Assembly (NCBI RefSeq): GCF_000009965.1
Contig: NC_006624.1
Span: 1,590,001 to 1,622,000 of the forward strand
Origin: Thermococcus kodakarensis KOD1
GTDB lineage: Archaea > Methanobacteriota_B > Thermococci > Thermococcales > Thermococcaceae
Reading direction: 5' to 3'
Length of the DNA: 32,000 nt
In this document: piece by piece, positions 14,192-22,339 of the stretch
How positions within the stretch are numbered: position 1 is the first letter of the stretch
Layout of the letters: each line of letters opens with the position of its first letter
Translations under genes and position numbers: made by a program
The notes under the pieces: generated by a model
Seen by the model: the letters and a program-made list of their open reading frames with translations, nothing else
What the model was told of the DNA's origin: nothing
Databases searched by the model: none

Positions 14192-15523
14192 ATGAACGAA
14201 ATTAAGGGAATTGAGAGGGCGGTACAAGTCGAAGTCCCAAGGCCGAGGTTCCTTCTGCTGGCATTCACGGATATCAACGGGTCGCTAAAGGGCATGGAAA
14301 TACCAATGGAGCGCTATGAGGAGGCAGTTGAGGATGGGGTATCCTTCGACGGTTCCTCGATACCTGGATTCGAAGGAATAGAAGACAGCGACCTTATATT
14401 CAAGGCGGATCCCAGCACCTACGCCGAAATACCGTGGGAGGGCATTGGAAGAGTCTACGGTTACATCTATAAAGGAGATGAACCCTACCAAGCCGATCCC
14501 AGGGGGATTCTGAAGAGAGTCCTTGAAAGGCTGGAGAAGGAAGGACTAAAAGCTCACATCGGCCCCGAGCCAGAGTTCTACATCTTCAAGAAGAACGGCA
14601 CATGGGAACTTCATATCCCCGACAGCGGCGGATATTTTGACCTGGTTGGCTTGGACAAAGCCAGGGAGATAAGAAGGGAGATTGCACTCTACATGCCGTA
14701 TCTCGGCCTAAAGCCCGAGGTTCTGCACCATGAGGTCGGGAAGGCCCAGCACGAAATAGATTTCCGCTACGACGAAGCCCTTAGAACCGCCGACAACATA
14801 GTAAGCTTCAAGCACGTCGTTAAAGCGGTGGCAGAGCTCCACGGCTACTACGCCACATTCATGCCCAAACCCATCTACGGCTTTCCCGGTAACGGAATGC
14901 ACCTCCACATAAGCCTGTGGAAAGACGGTGAGAACGTTTTCATTGGAGAAGACGGCCTGAGCGACACGGCGCTACACTTCATCGGGGGAATCCTTAAGCA
15001 TGCTAAGGCCCTTGCAGCCCTTACCAACCCAACCGTCAACAGCTACAAGAGGCTCGTGCCGGGTTATGAAGCACCGGTTTACATCAGCTGGGGTTATAGA
15101 AACAGGAGCGCCCTCATCAGAGTACCAGCTTTCAAGGGAAGTGGTGCGAGAATAGAGTACCGCTGTCCAGACCCGAGTGCAAACCCCTACCTCGCCCTCG
15201 CTGGAATTCTTATGGTAGGACTGGACGGAATAAAGAAGAAGGTCGAGCCAGACTCGTACGTCGAGACCAACGTTTACGAGATGGACGATGCCGAGAGAGA
15301 AAGACTAGGAATAGATACCCTCCCAGGAAGCCTTGGAGAGGCACTGGAGGAGCTGAAGAAAGATAAGACAGTCAGAGAAGCACTCGGCGGAGCCTACAAG
15401 AACTTCATCGATTACAAGGAGAGGGAGTGGGAAGAATACATTGAATACCTGAGCTCAAGGGATATCCCAATTGACACCAAGAAGGTTACGGAGTGGGAGC
15501 TTGAGAGGTACTTCTACGTTTGA
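14192..15523 (+). CDS. glnA: Glutamine synthetase, type I
   Basis: The full-length GS signature blocks are present: DINGSLKGMEIP, FDGSSIPGF, GPEPEFYIF, HHEVGKAQHEIDF, KPIYGFPGNGMHLHISL, NSYKRLVPGYEAP, SWGYRNRSALIRVP. The ATG at 14192 has AGGTGA upstream. Confidence 0.96.
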   Translation: MNEIKGIERAVQVEVPRPRFLLLAFTDINGSLKGMEIPMERYEEAVEDGVSFDGSSIPGFEGIEDSDLIFKADPSTYAEIPWEGIGRVYGYIYKGDEPYQADPRGILKRVLERLEKEGLKAHIGPEPEFYIFKKNGTWELHIPDSGGYFDLVGLDKAREIRREIALYMPYLGLKPEVLHHEVGKAQHEIDFRYDEALRTADNIVSFKHVVKAVAELHGYYATFMPKPIYGFPGNGMHLHISLWKDGENVFIGEDGLSDTALHFIGGILKHAKALAALTNPTVNSYKRLVPGYEAPVYISWGYRNRSALIRVPAFKGSGARIEYRCPDPSANPYLALAGILMVGLDGIKKKVEPDSYVETNVYEMDDAERERLGIDTLPGSLGEALEELKKDKTVREALGGAYKNFIDYKEREWEEYIEYLSSRDIPIDTKKVTEWELERYFYV

Positions 15524-16377
15524 TGGGCTCCCTCAGGCCCTTCTTTTTCTCCCATGTGCACTACGATGGAACCCCCTATTATGAGCGCCGCACCGAGTAG
15601 CTGAACCAGACTTAACTTCTCCCCGAAGAGGAGGAAAGCCAGAAAAATCGCCACGACGGGCTCCACAGTTGCCACTATACTGGCCCTGCTAACTTCCACC
15701 TCTTTGAGGGCGTGGTTGTAGAGAACGTAGCCAAGAAACGTCGGAAAGAGTGCCAGGGCAAAGAGGTAGGGGATTGCTCCAGTGGGTACACTAAAATCTG
15801 AGAAGGGGGCGAGGAATATCATACCAAACAGCAGTGTGTAGAAGAGCGCCTTTTCAGGCTCTTCTTTCCTAACCGCGAACTTGGCCAGGATGCCGTAGAG
15901 GGCATAAGTAAAGCCCGAAAGGAGACCAAAGACCAGGGCTTTGGTCGAGAATGAAGCACCAGATCCGTTAACAAAAAGCACACCAAGGGTGACCATAACC
16001 AGCGCCGTTAACTTCTCTTTCGTTATTTTTTCGTTGAAGATCAGCCTGCCGAGGATTATTGAGTACATAGGCGCGGTATAAAGCAAGAGGACGGCGAAGG
16101 AAACGGAGGATATCGTAACGGTGTAAAAGTAGAGGGTGTAGAACAGAAAGATGCTGAAGAAGCCGTAGAGGGCGTAGAACCTGAGCCTCGAGCGCTCGAT
16201 TGAAAAGCCGATACCCTTCAGCTTGATATATGCACCGAGGAGAAGAAGGGCAAAAACGACGCGGTAGAAGACCATCGTAAATGGCGTCAGCCCAAAGCCA
16301 TCCAAGTACTTGGCGAAGATGCCGAGTGTCCCCCACATCGAAGCTGCCAGAAAAACAAAAAGGTAGCCCTTCTTCAT
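15514..16377 (-). CDS. EamA/DMT-superfamily transporter (second copy in window)
   Basis: The 287-aa protein has 10 TM helices and EamA-type repeats (FLAASMWGTLGIFAK..., ...ATVEPVVAIFLAFLLFGE). Its SD GAGGTGA contains the nadE stop codon. Its 3' end overlaps the 3' end of glnA by 10 nt (convergent). Confidence 0.88.
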   Translation of the reverse strand: MKKGYLFVFLAASMWGTLGIFAKYLDGFGLTPFTMVFYRVVFALLLLGAYIKLKGIGFSIERSRLRFYALYGFFSIFLFYTLYFYTVTISSVSFAVLLLYTAPMYSIILGRLIFNEKITKEKLTALVMVTLGVLFVNGSGASFSTKALVFGLLSGFTYALYGILAKFAVRKEEPEKALFYTLLFGMIFLAPFSDFSVPTGAIPYLFALALFPTFLGYVLYNHALKEVEVSRASIVATVEPVVAIFLAFLLFGEKLSLVQLLGAALIIGGSIVVHMGEKEGPEGAHQT

Positions 16378-16386
16378 GATTTCACC

Positions 16387-17151
16387 TCAAAACTCCGGCC
16401 CCACAGGAAGCCTCCGCTTGTGCTCGCTCCTCCTTACAAGGCCCTCAACGTATTCGACCTTCTCGACGCTTATTCCAAGCTCCTCTACTATCTTCTCCTT
16501 CGGCATCTTGAGGTCAACGAGGCGCCAGAGTATCTCGTCAAGAAGGCGGTAGCTTATTCCCAGCTCATCCTCATCAGTCTGTCCTTCCCATAGGCCCGCC
16601 GTGGGCTTCTTCTGGATTATTCGTCCTGGTACGCCGAGCAGCTTTGCTATCTCCCAGACTTCGGTCTTGTAGAGGTTTATCAGCGGCGCGTAGTCGCTCG
16701 CCCCGTCGCCCCACTTCGTAAAGTAGCCAGTTAGAAACTCGCTCCTGTTGCTGGTCCCAAGGACGAGTCTGTTGAGCTGGTTTGCATGAGCGTACAGAAG
16801 AATCATCCTTGTTCTGGACATGATGTTTCCCAGAGAGCGTTTGTCTGGCTGAAAGCCGAGCTGAGAGACGAAAGACTCAACGATCGGTTTGATGTTTATG
16901 ACCTCGTAGTCTATCCCGAGGCTTTCGCAGACGAGCTTTGCATCTTCGACGTCGTTGTTCTCGTAGTAGGGCATTATGAGGCCCAGAACATTTTCTGTTC
17001 CAACCGCCTTCGCAGCAAGGTAAGCAGCTGTCGCACTGTCAATCCCGCCGCTTATCCCAATCACAAACCCACCACTGCCACTCTCTTCGAGCTTTTCTGA
17101 AAGGAAGCTGGTTATAGTCTCAATGGCGGCACGATAGTCAAGGGCTCTCAT
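16387..17151 (-). CDS. nadE: NH3-dependent NAD+ synthetase
   Basis: The PP-loop [18 protein letters not shown] is present, together with [25 protein letters not shown] and [16 protein letters not shown] prefer the ATG at 17151 (MRALDY...), 9 nt after GAAGGGGG, over the ATG at 17160. Confidence 0.94.
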   Translation of the reverse strand: MRALDYRAAIETITSFLSEKLEESGSGGFVIGISGGIDSATAAYLAAKAVGTENVLGLIMPYYENNDVEDAKLVCESLGIDYEVINIKPIVESFVSQLGFQPDKRSLGNIMSRTRMILLYAHANQLNRLVLGTSNRSEFLTGYFTKWGDGASDYAPLINLYKTEVWEIAKLLGVPGRIIQKKPTAGLWEGQTDEDELGISYRLLDEILWRLVDLKMPKEKIVEELGISVEKVEYVEGLVRRSEHKRRLPVGPEF

Positions 17152-17644
17152 TTTTTGCATCCCCCTTCTGCTTCTTCATATCTTCCTTCAGGGTCTCAAG
17201 GAAGCTGATATATCCCCTAAACGCAAACACACCGCCAATTATCATCAAAAAGAACGCGGGATAAGTAAGGTACGAATAGGGGTAGTCGAACCAGTAGACC
17301 ACATACTCATACTCCAGATCCCCATCGAGAACCGTTATTTGGGGCGCTGATTGAACGTCCACGCTAACGTTTCCATTATTTAAAACGTACTCAAGGTCTT
17401 CTCCACCAAGGGACAGAAGCACTGACGCATTATCAGACCACATCACTAGGGTTCGATTAACGACATCGTAGGAGTACAAATTCCCCTCCTCGATTGTATG
17501 GTTACCCGGGCCAAGAACACCATGCCATTCGCTTTTTTCCAGGGTTCTATAAGATGCCGCAAACGACATGATGAGAGCGAGGAACAGCAAAATCAGACCG
17601 GCTAGTATTGGGGGGTAAGTTATACCTTTTTTGAATGTAGTCAC
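17138..17644 (-). CDS. Hypothetical bitopic membrane protein (two TM helices flanking an extracytoplasmic beta-rich domain)
   Basis: The ORF is open to a TTG at 17701, but a GTG at 17644 has GGTGA 5 nt upstream. A TATA-like TTTTTATAT (17675..17683) lies just after the stop of the second (F-type) ABC ATPase gene. The gene overlaps the nadE start by 14 nt. The start assignment is uncertain. Confidence 0.65.
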   Translation of the reverse strand: MTTFKKGITYPPILAGLILLFLALIMSFAASYRTLEKSEWHGVLGPGNHTIEEGNLYSYDVVNRTLVMWSDNASVLLSLGGEDLEYVLNNGNVSVDVQSAPQITVLDGDLEYEYVVYWFDYPYSYLTYPAFFLMIIGGVFAFRGYISFLETLKEDMKKQKGDAKNESP

Positions 17645-17687
17645 GAGCCTCACCGAGAAGGAATAATGAAGAAGATATAAAAAGATT

Positions 17688-18695
17688 TCAATACTTGCCA
17701 ACGAGGTGGCACTCGGCGAAGTGGTTGTGCTCGTACTCTATGAGCTGCGGCTGTTTGGCATCACAGAGGCCCTTCTGAGCGTAGATACACCTCGGGTGGA
17801 AGCGGCATCCCGGCGGTATGTTGACGGCGCTCGGAACCTCACCCTTGATCGGCAGTTCCTTGATGACGTTTCTCCTCTCCGGCTTTGGTTCGGGAACCGC
17901 TGCCAACAAGGCCCTGGTGTACGGATGAAGCGGGTTGTCAATGACCTTCTCGGCTGGGCCCATTTCGACGATTCTTCCGAGGTACATCACCGCCATCCAG
18001 TCGGCGAAGTACCTTGCAGTTGACATATCGTGCGTGATGTAGAGGTAGGTGACGCCAGTCTTCTCCTTGAGTTCCTTCATGAGCTCAAGAACCTCTGCAC
18101 GGATCGAAACGTCGAGCATCGAGACTGGCTCATCTGCAACGATAAAGGTCGGATTCAGTATTAGTGCACGGGCGATTGCAACACGCTGCCTCTGACCACC
18201 GGAAAGCATGTGCGGGAACCTTCCGACGTAGTCCTCAGGCGGGGTTATCTTAACCATCTCGAGGGCTTTGTATATCAACTCCTCGCGCTCTGCCCTAGTT
18301 TCGCCGATGCCATGGATTAGGAGGGGCTCTTCAAGAACATCGAAGATCCTGAACCTTGGATTCATTGAACTAAATGGATCCTGGAATATCATCTGAACCT
18401 TTCTCCTGTACGCCAGGATTTCTTCCTTGGTCTTGATGTCAGTAACGTCCCTGCCCTCCAGGTATATCTTCCCATCGGTCGGTTCTAAGAGCTTTACGAT
18501 GAGCTTTCCAGTTGTGGACTTACCACAGCCGCTCTCACCTACGAGTGCAAAGACTTGCTGTTTGTATATCTCAAAGCTCACTCCATCAACAGCGTGAACG
18601 AATCTCTGTGGGGCTCCCTTCAGGCTCTCAATGAAACCCCTCTTGATCGGGAAGTACTTTTTCAGGTTCTCAACTTTAAGTACCGGCTCCGCCAT
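17688..18695 (-). CDS. Oligopeptide/dipeptide-type ABC transporter ATP-binding protein (OppF/DppF-like)
   Basis: It has Walker A GESGCGKST, the signature LSGGQRQRV and Walker B FIVADEPVSMLD. The C-terminal oligopeptide-ABC extension carries the Cys motif (PPGCRFHPRC). Confidence 0.94.
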   Translation of the reverse strand: MAEPVLKVENLKKYFPIKRGFIESLKGAPQRFVHAVDGVSFEIYKQQVFALVGESGCGKSTTGKLIVKLLEPTDGKIYLEGRDVTDIKTKEEILAYRRKVQMIFQDPFSSMNPRFRIFDVLEEPLLIHGIGETRAEREELIYKALEMVKITPPEDYVGRFPHMLSGGQRQRVAIARALILNPTFIVADEPVSMLDVSIRAEVLELMKELKEKTGVTYLYITHDMSTARYFADWMAVMYLGRIVEMGPAEKVIDNPLHPYTRALLAAVPEPKPERRNVIKELPIKGEVPSAVNIPPGCRFHPRCIYAQKGLCDAKQPQLIEYEHNHFAECHLVGKY

Positions 18696-18705
18696 CTTTC
18701 ACACC

Positions 18706-19665
18706 TCACAGCAGCCAGCATGCGGCATAGTGATCCTTATCAATCTCCTTCATTCCGGGCTCTTGCTCCCTACAAACGTCCATTGCATACGGGCACCTCG
18801 GGTGGAAGCGGCATCCCTTCGGCGGGTTGATGAGATTGGGCGGCTGACCTGGTATGAACTCGAGCCTGTCGACGTCCTCGTGGAGTCTTGGGATGGCTGC
18901 AAGGAGCTTCTGGGTATACGGATGGGCCGGCTCATAGTATATTTTCTCGCTGTCGCCGATCTCCACAATCTTACCGGCGTACATTATGGCAACACGGTCG
19001 CTAATCTCTGCGAGGATGCTGAGGTCGTGGGTAATGAATATCATAGAGAGACCGAGCTCCTTCTTCAGTTTCTTCATGAGGTTTATGATCTGAGCCTGAA
19101 CTATAACGTCGAGTGCAGTGGTTGGCTCGTCAGCGATGACAACTGACGGGTTCATGAGGAGAGCCGTCGCAATTATAACGCGCTGCTTCATACCACCACT
19201 GAGCTCGTGGGGATAGCGGTAGACTATCTCTGGATCAAGACCGACGAGCTCAAGATACTTCTGTGCTACATCTAGGGCCTCCTCTTTCTCCATCCCCTTA
19301 TGGTATATCAGCGGCTCTATCATCTGGTAGCCTACAGTGTACACTGGATTGAGGGCGTTCATTGCACCCTGGAATATCATTGAAATCTTCTGCCAGCGGA
19401 TCTCCCTTCTCAACACATCCTCCGGGAGACCCACGATTTCCCTTCCATCGATCTTTATGCTCCCATCGACGATCTTGCCGGGAGGAGTGGGCATTCCCAT
19501 AAGGGTAAAACCAAGGGAGGACTTGCCGCAACCGCTCTCACCGGCAAGTCCCAGCACCTCACCCTTCCTGAGCTCAAAGCTGATATCGTCAACTGCCCTG
19601 ACAACTCCGCGGTTCGTGAAGTAGTACATTTTGAGGTTCTTAACTTCAAGGACAGTTTTTGCCAT
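18706..19665 (-). CDS. Oligopeptide/dipeptide-type ABC transporter ATP-binding protein (OppD/DppD-like)
   Basis: It has Walker A GESGCGKSS, the signature LSGGMKQRV, Walker B VVIADEPTTALD, and a C-terminal PKGCRFHPRCPY. Confidence 0.94.
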   Translation of the reverse strand: MAKTVLEVKNLKMYYFTNRGVVRAVDDISFELRKGEVLGLAGESGCGKSSLGFTLMGMPTPPGKIVDGSIKIDGREIVGLPEDVLRREIRWQKISMIFQGAMNALNPVYTVGYQMIEPLIYHKGMEKEEALDVAQKYLELVGLDPEIVYRYPHELSGGMKQRVIIATALLMNPSVVIADEPTTALDVIVQAQIINLMKKLKKELGLSMIFITHDLSILAEISDRVAIMYAGKIVEIGDSEKIYYEPAHPYTQKLLAAIPRLHEDVDRLEFIPGQPPNLINPPKGCRFHPRCPYAMDVCREQEPGMKEIDKDHYAACWLL

Positions 19666-19676
19666 TGTCTATCACC

Positions 19677-21098
19677 TCACATCCTCCTCAACCTCGGATT
19701 GAGGACTCTATCGAGTGCCGTACCGATCATAACGAACGTGAAGCCCACGAGGGCTATCGCCAGTCCGGGCGGAAGAACCCACCACCAGTAACCGTTCGTT
19801 GCGGCTCCTGCGGCCTGAGCATCGTGGAGTATCTGTCCCCAAGTGACAGCAGTTGGGTCACCAAGACCAAGGAAGCTCAGGGAAGCCTCTGAAAGCACTG
19901 CACCCGGAACTCCAAGTGCCATGCTTGCGAAGGCGTAGGGGAGCAGCTGTGGCACCATGTGCTTGAAGATTATCCTGCCTGTGCTCGCACCTAGAACTCT
20001 GGCCGCCTCAACGTAAGTCTGCTCCTTGATCTGGAGGGCCATACTTCTCGCAACCCTGGCGACTCCAACCCATCCGAACACGACCAGCAGTAGTACTATC
20101 TGCCATAGCGAAATGTGGCCTCCAAAGTACGTACCCATAAGGATGAGGATCGGCAGGCTCGGGATTGAAGCCATGAACTCCTGGAATCTCATCATCATCT
20201 CATCCGTCCATCCACCAAAGTAGGCACTGGTAACCCCGTAGAATATACCAATGAGCACACTGAACACTGCAACGGACACACCTATGGCAAGGGAGACTCT
20301 TGAACCCCAGATGATACCCGCCAATAGGTCTCTGCCCTTGAAGTCAGTTCCAAGCCACCCGTAGGTTCTTCCAGTGAATATAATCTTCGCGTTGTCTAGG
20401 TCGACACTTGCATCTTTCGGAACATTAATTTCAAATATGAACGTGTAAGTCCCCTGGAGAGGCTCGGGCTTTTCAAGGATGTTCTCATTGAGCTTTCCAA
20501 AGATAACCCTTGTGGCATCCATGAGGGTCTTGTACTGGAACTCCTTGGTGGGATCAATTTGAATACCCTGGCTCTTAACCCACCTAATAAGGGCGTCCCT
20601 AACAGCGGGGTTAGTTCCAAGCTGGATTACCGTATTGCCCGAGAACTTGTAGTTCTGGAGGAGCACTACTTCCGTCCCATCGGGTCTCTTCACTTTAACG
20701 GTAAGGGTTGGCTTTCTAATACCCTCGGACTTACCGACAACATCTTTAAAGACTATGTCCTGGGGGGGAACGTCGTATTCATTATTGTACGGAATTTCAA
20801 TAACGTATCCAGAGTCAGTCTGCTTCAAGTACTTCTGAAGTTCACTCCCCTCGAGGACGAGGTGGGGTGCCAGCTTCTGACTGGAGAAAACATTAACCCA
20901 AGTAGGCGGGACGTTCTTCGGGTTGTCAAGCCAGAACGTCTTCCATTTCTCTGGGATATCAGGGGAAGTAAGTATTGGTGCAGCCAATGCCGTGAATATC
21001 AAGAGGGCAAGCAGGAAGATACCGAGTAACCCAGTCTTCTGCCTCTTAAAGTCAGCCCAAAATTCAGACAAAGACTCCTTGAAGTCTACCCAGCGCAT
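19677..21098 (-). CDS. ABC transporter permease (OppC/DppC-like) with about 200-aa extracytoplasmic insertion
   Basis: The C-terminal half is a typical BPD permease (GTDFKGRDLLAGIIWGSR..., EAARVLGASTGRIIFKHMVPQ). A domain of about 200 residues sits between TM1 and the GTD..GRD motif. Confidence 0.92.
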   Translation of the reverse strand: MRWVDFKESLSEFWADFKRQKTGLLGIFLLALLIFTALAAPILTSPDIPEKWKTFWLDNPKNVPPTWVNVFSSQKLAPHLVLEGSELQKYLKQTDSGYVIEIPYNNEYDVPPQDIVFKDVVGKSEGIRKPTLTVKVKRPDGTEVVLLQNYKFSGNTVIQLGTNPAVRDALIRWVKSQGIQIDPTKEFQYKTLMDATRVIFGKLNENILEKPEPLQGTYTFIFEINVPKDASVDLDNAKIIFTGRTYGWLGTDFKGRDLLAGIIWGSRVSLAIGVSVAVFSVLIGIFYGVTSAYFGGWTDEMMMRFQEFMASIPSLPILILMGTYFGGHISLWQIVLLLVVFGWVGVARVARSMALQIKEQTYVEAARVLGASTGRIIFKHMVPQLLPYAFASMALGVPGAVLSEASLSFLGLGDPTAVTWGQILHDAQAAGAATNGYWWWVLPPGLAIALVGFTFVMIGTALDRVLNPRLRRM

Positions 21099-21109
21099 TG
21101 TTTCTCACC

Positions 21110-22159
21110 TCACACATTCTGGGATGCACCAACCTTGACTCTCGGGTCGAGGAAGCCGTACGTAAGGTCGGCGAGTATAACCCCCGCGAGGTAAAGAATA
21201 ACGTTAACGAACGTAAGTCCCATGATAAGGTTCGTCTCGTTGGTCTCAAGGGCTATCCAGTAGACCCTACCCATGCCAGGCCACGTAAATACGCTCTCAG
21301 TGATTATTGCACCTCCCAGTGAACCGAGAAGGCTCATGATAATCATGGTCACGACAGGGGGAGCGGCGGCTCTAAGGGCATGCCCGTAGATTACCTTTCT
21401 CTCTGGAACACCCTTTGCCCTGGCAGCCATGATGAAGTCTTCCTGCATGGTACCGATCATGATGTTTCTTATAACCCATGCCCAGGCTCCAAAGGACACA
21501 AAGACTATTGTGGCAACCGGCAGGACCATGCGCTTCAGCATGTCAACTATGTGGGCCCATCCAGTCAGATTGGGGTCTGGGATCGACCTCGCCGGGAACC
21601 AGCCGAGCTCAAACGCGAAGATAAGGAGCATGATCATTCCAAACCACCACATTGGGATACTGCTGGTCACTAAGGCGAGAACTGAAAGGGCCCTATCAAA
21701 GGCACTCCCAACCTTCTGAGCAGCCTTAACACCCAGAAGGATTCCGAGGAAGATTATGATTATCTGCGCCGTTGTAAACAGCTGTATGGTTCTCGGTATG
21801 GCCCTCTTTAGGATTGCCTTAACGTCCCTCTCAGAACCGAAGACGGGGTTCCTAGTGTTTCCGAAGTCAAACGTTATAGTGCGCTTGAAGTAGTACATAA
21901 CTCTCCATGCGTAAGACCGGTCAAGCTTATATTCGTGCCTATAATAAGCGATTCTCTCGGCCCTCCACTGATCGGGATTTTCCGGGGCTCTTCCCTGCTT
22001 CTGAAGGGCCTGGAATTCGGCGTTCACCTGCTCGATTATACGGTTCTGAAGGTCTTTCTCAGCGACTTTCACGAATAGGGCAGACATGACTAGAGTAACC
22101 AGCGTCAGGACGATCAGTGCATTCAATATTCTGATCAGCACGTACCTACCAAATCCCAT
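21110..22159 (-). CDS. ABC transporter permease (OppB/DppB-like)
   Basis: The N-terminus (YVLIRILNALIVLTLVTLVMSALF) and the EAA loop (MAARAKGVPERKVIYGHALRAA) are typical of this family. GGAGG lies 7 nt upstream of the ATG. Confidence 0.93.
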   Translation of the reverse strand: MGFGRYVLIRILNALIVLTLVTLVMSALFVKVAEKDLQNRIIEQVNAEFQALQKQGRAPENPDQWRAERIAYYRHEYKLDRSYAWRVMYYFKRTITFDFGNTRNPVFGSERDVKAILKRAIPRTIQLFTTAQIIIIFLGILLGVKAAQKVGSAFDRALSVLALVTSSIPMWWFGMIMLLIFAFELGWFPARSIPDPNLTGWAHIVDMLKRMVLPVATIVFVSFGAWAWVIRNIMIGTMQEDFIMAARAKGVPERKVIYGHALRAAAPPVVTMIIMSLLGSLGGAIITESVFTWPGMGRVYWIALETNETNLIMGLTFVNVILYLAGVILADLTYGFLDPRVKVGASQNV

Positions 22160-22218
22160 GGAGTTCCCTCCTTAGCGGTTTTGGACGCCAGGACTCATTT
22201 TTAGTCATCGTCTTTTTC

Positions 22219-22246
22219 AGCTTTGTAAAGCTTCTTTATAAATATT
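22219..22246 (-). promoter_or_regulatory. Internal promoter candidate (TATA AATATTTATAAAG) with adjacent palindrome AGCTTTGTAAAGCT
   Basis: It lies in the 180-nt gap between the binding-protein gene and the permease genes. The 14-bp palindrome (22219..22232) sits between the TATA (22234..22246) and the predicted TSS. Confidence 0.4.
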
Positions 22247-22299
22247 TTGTGAATGTCCAATGAAGTTCAGAGAAAAGCCCATCACAGAGAAGGTGGAAA

Positions 22300-22335
22300 T
22301 TTAAAGAGAAACTAAAAAGGGAAACTAAAGAGAGC
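22300..22335 (-). terminator. T-rich tract with direct repeat TTTAGTTTC x2 after the binding-protein gene
   Basis: The minus strand reads CTTTAGTTTCCCTTTTTAGTTTCTCTTTAAATTTCC, starting a few nt after the TAA at 22340. Oligo-T runs are the archaeal termination signal. Confidence 0.45.
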
Positions 22336-22339
22336 CCCT

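Noticed and set aside
21429-21465. Two AUGAUG(A/U) boxes 30 nt apart on the plus strand, antisense to the OppB-like permease gene.
   Set aside because: No CUGA D or D' boxes occur at the required 12-nt spacing, and the region lies inside a conserved permease coding sequence.
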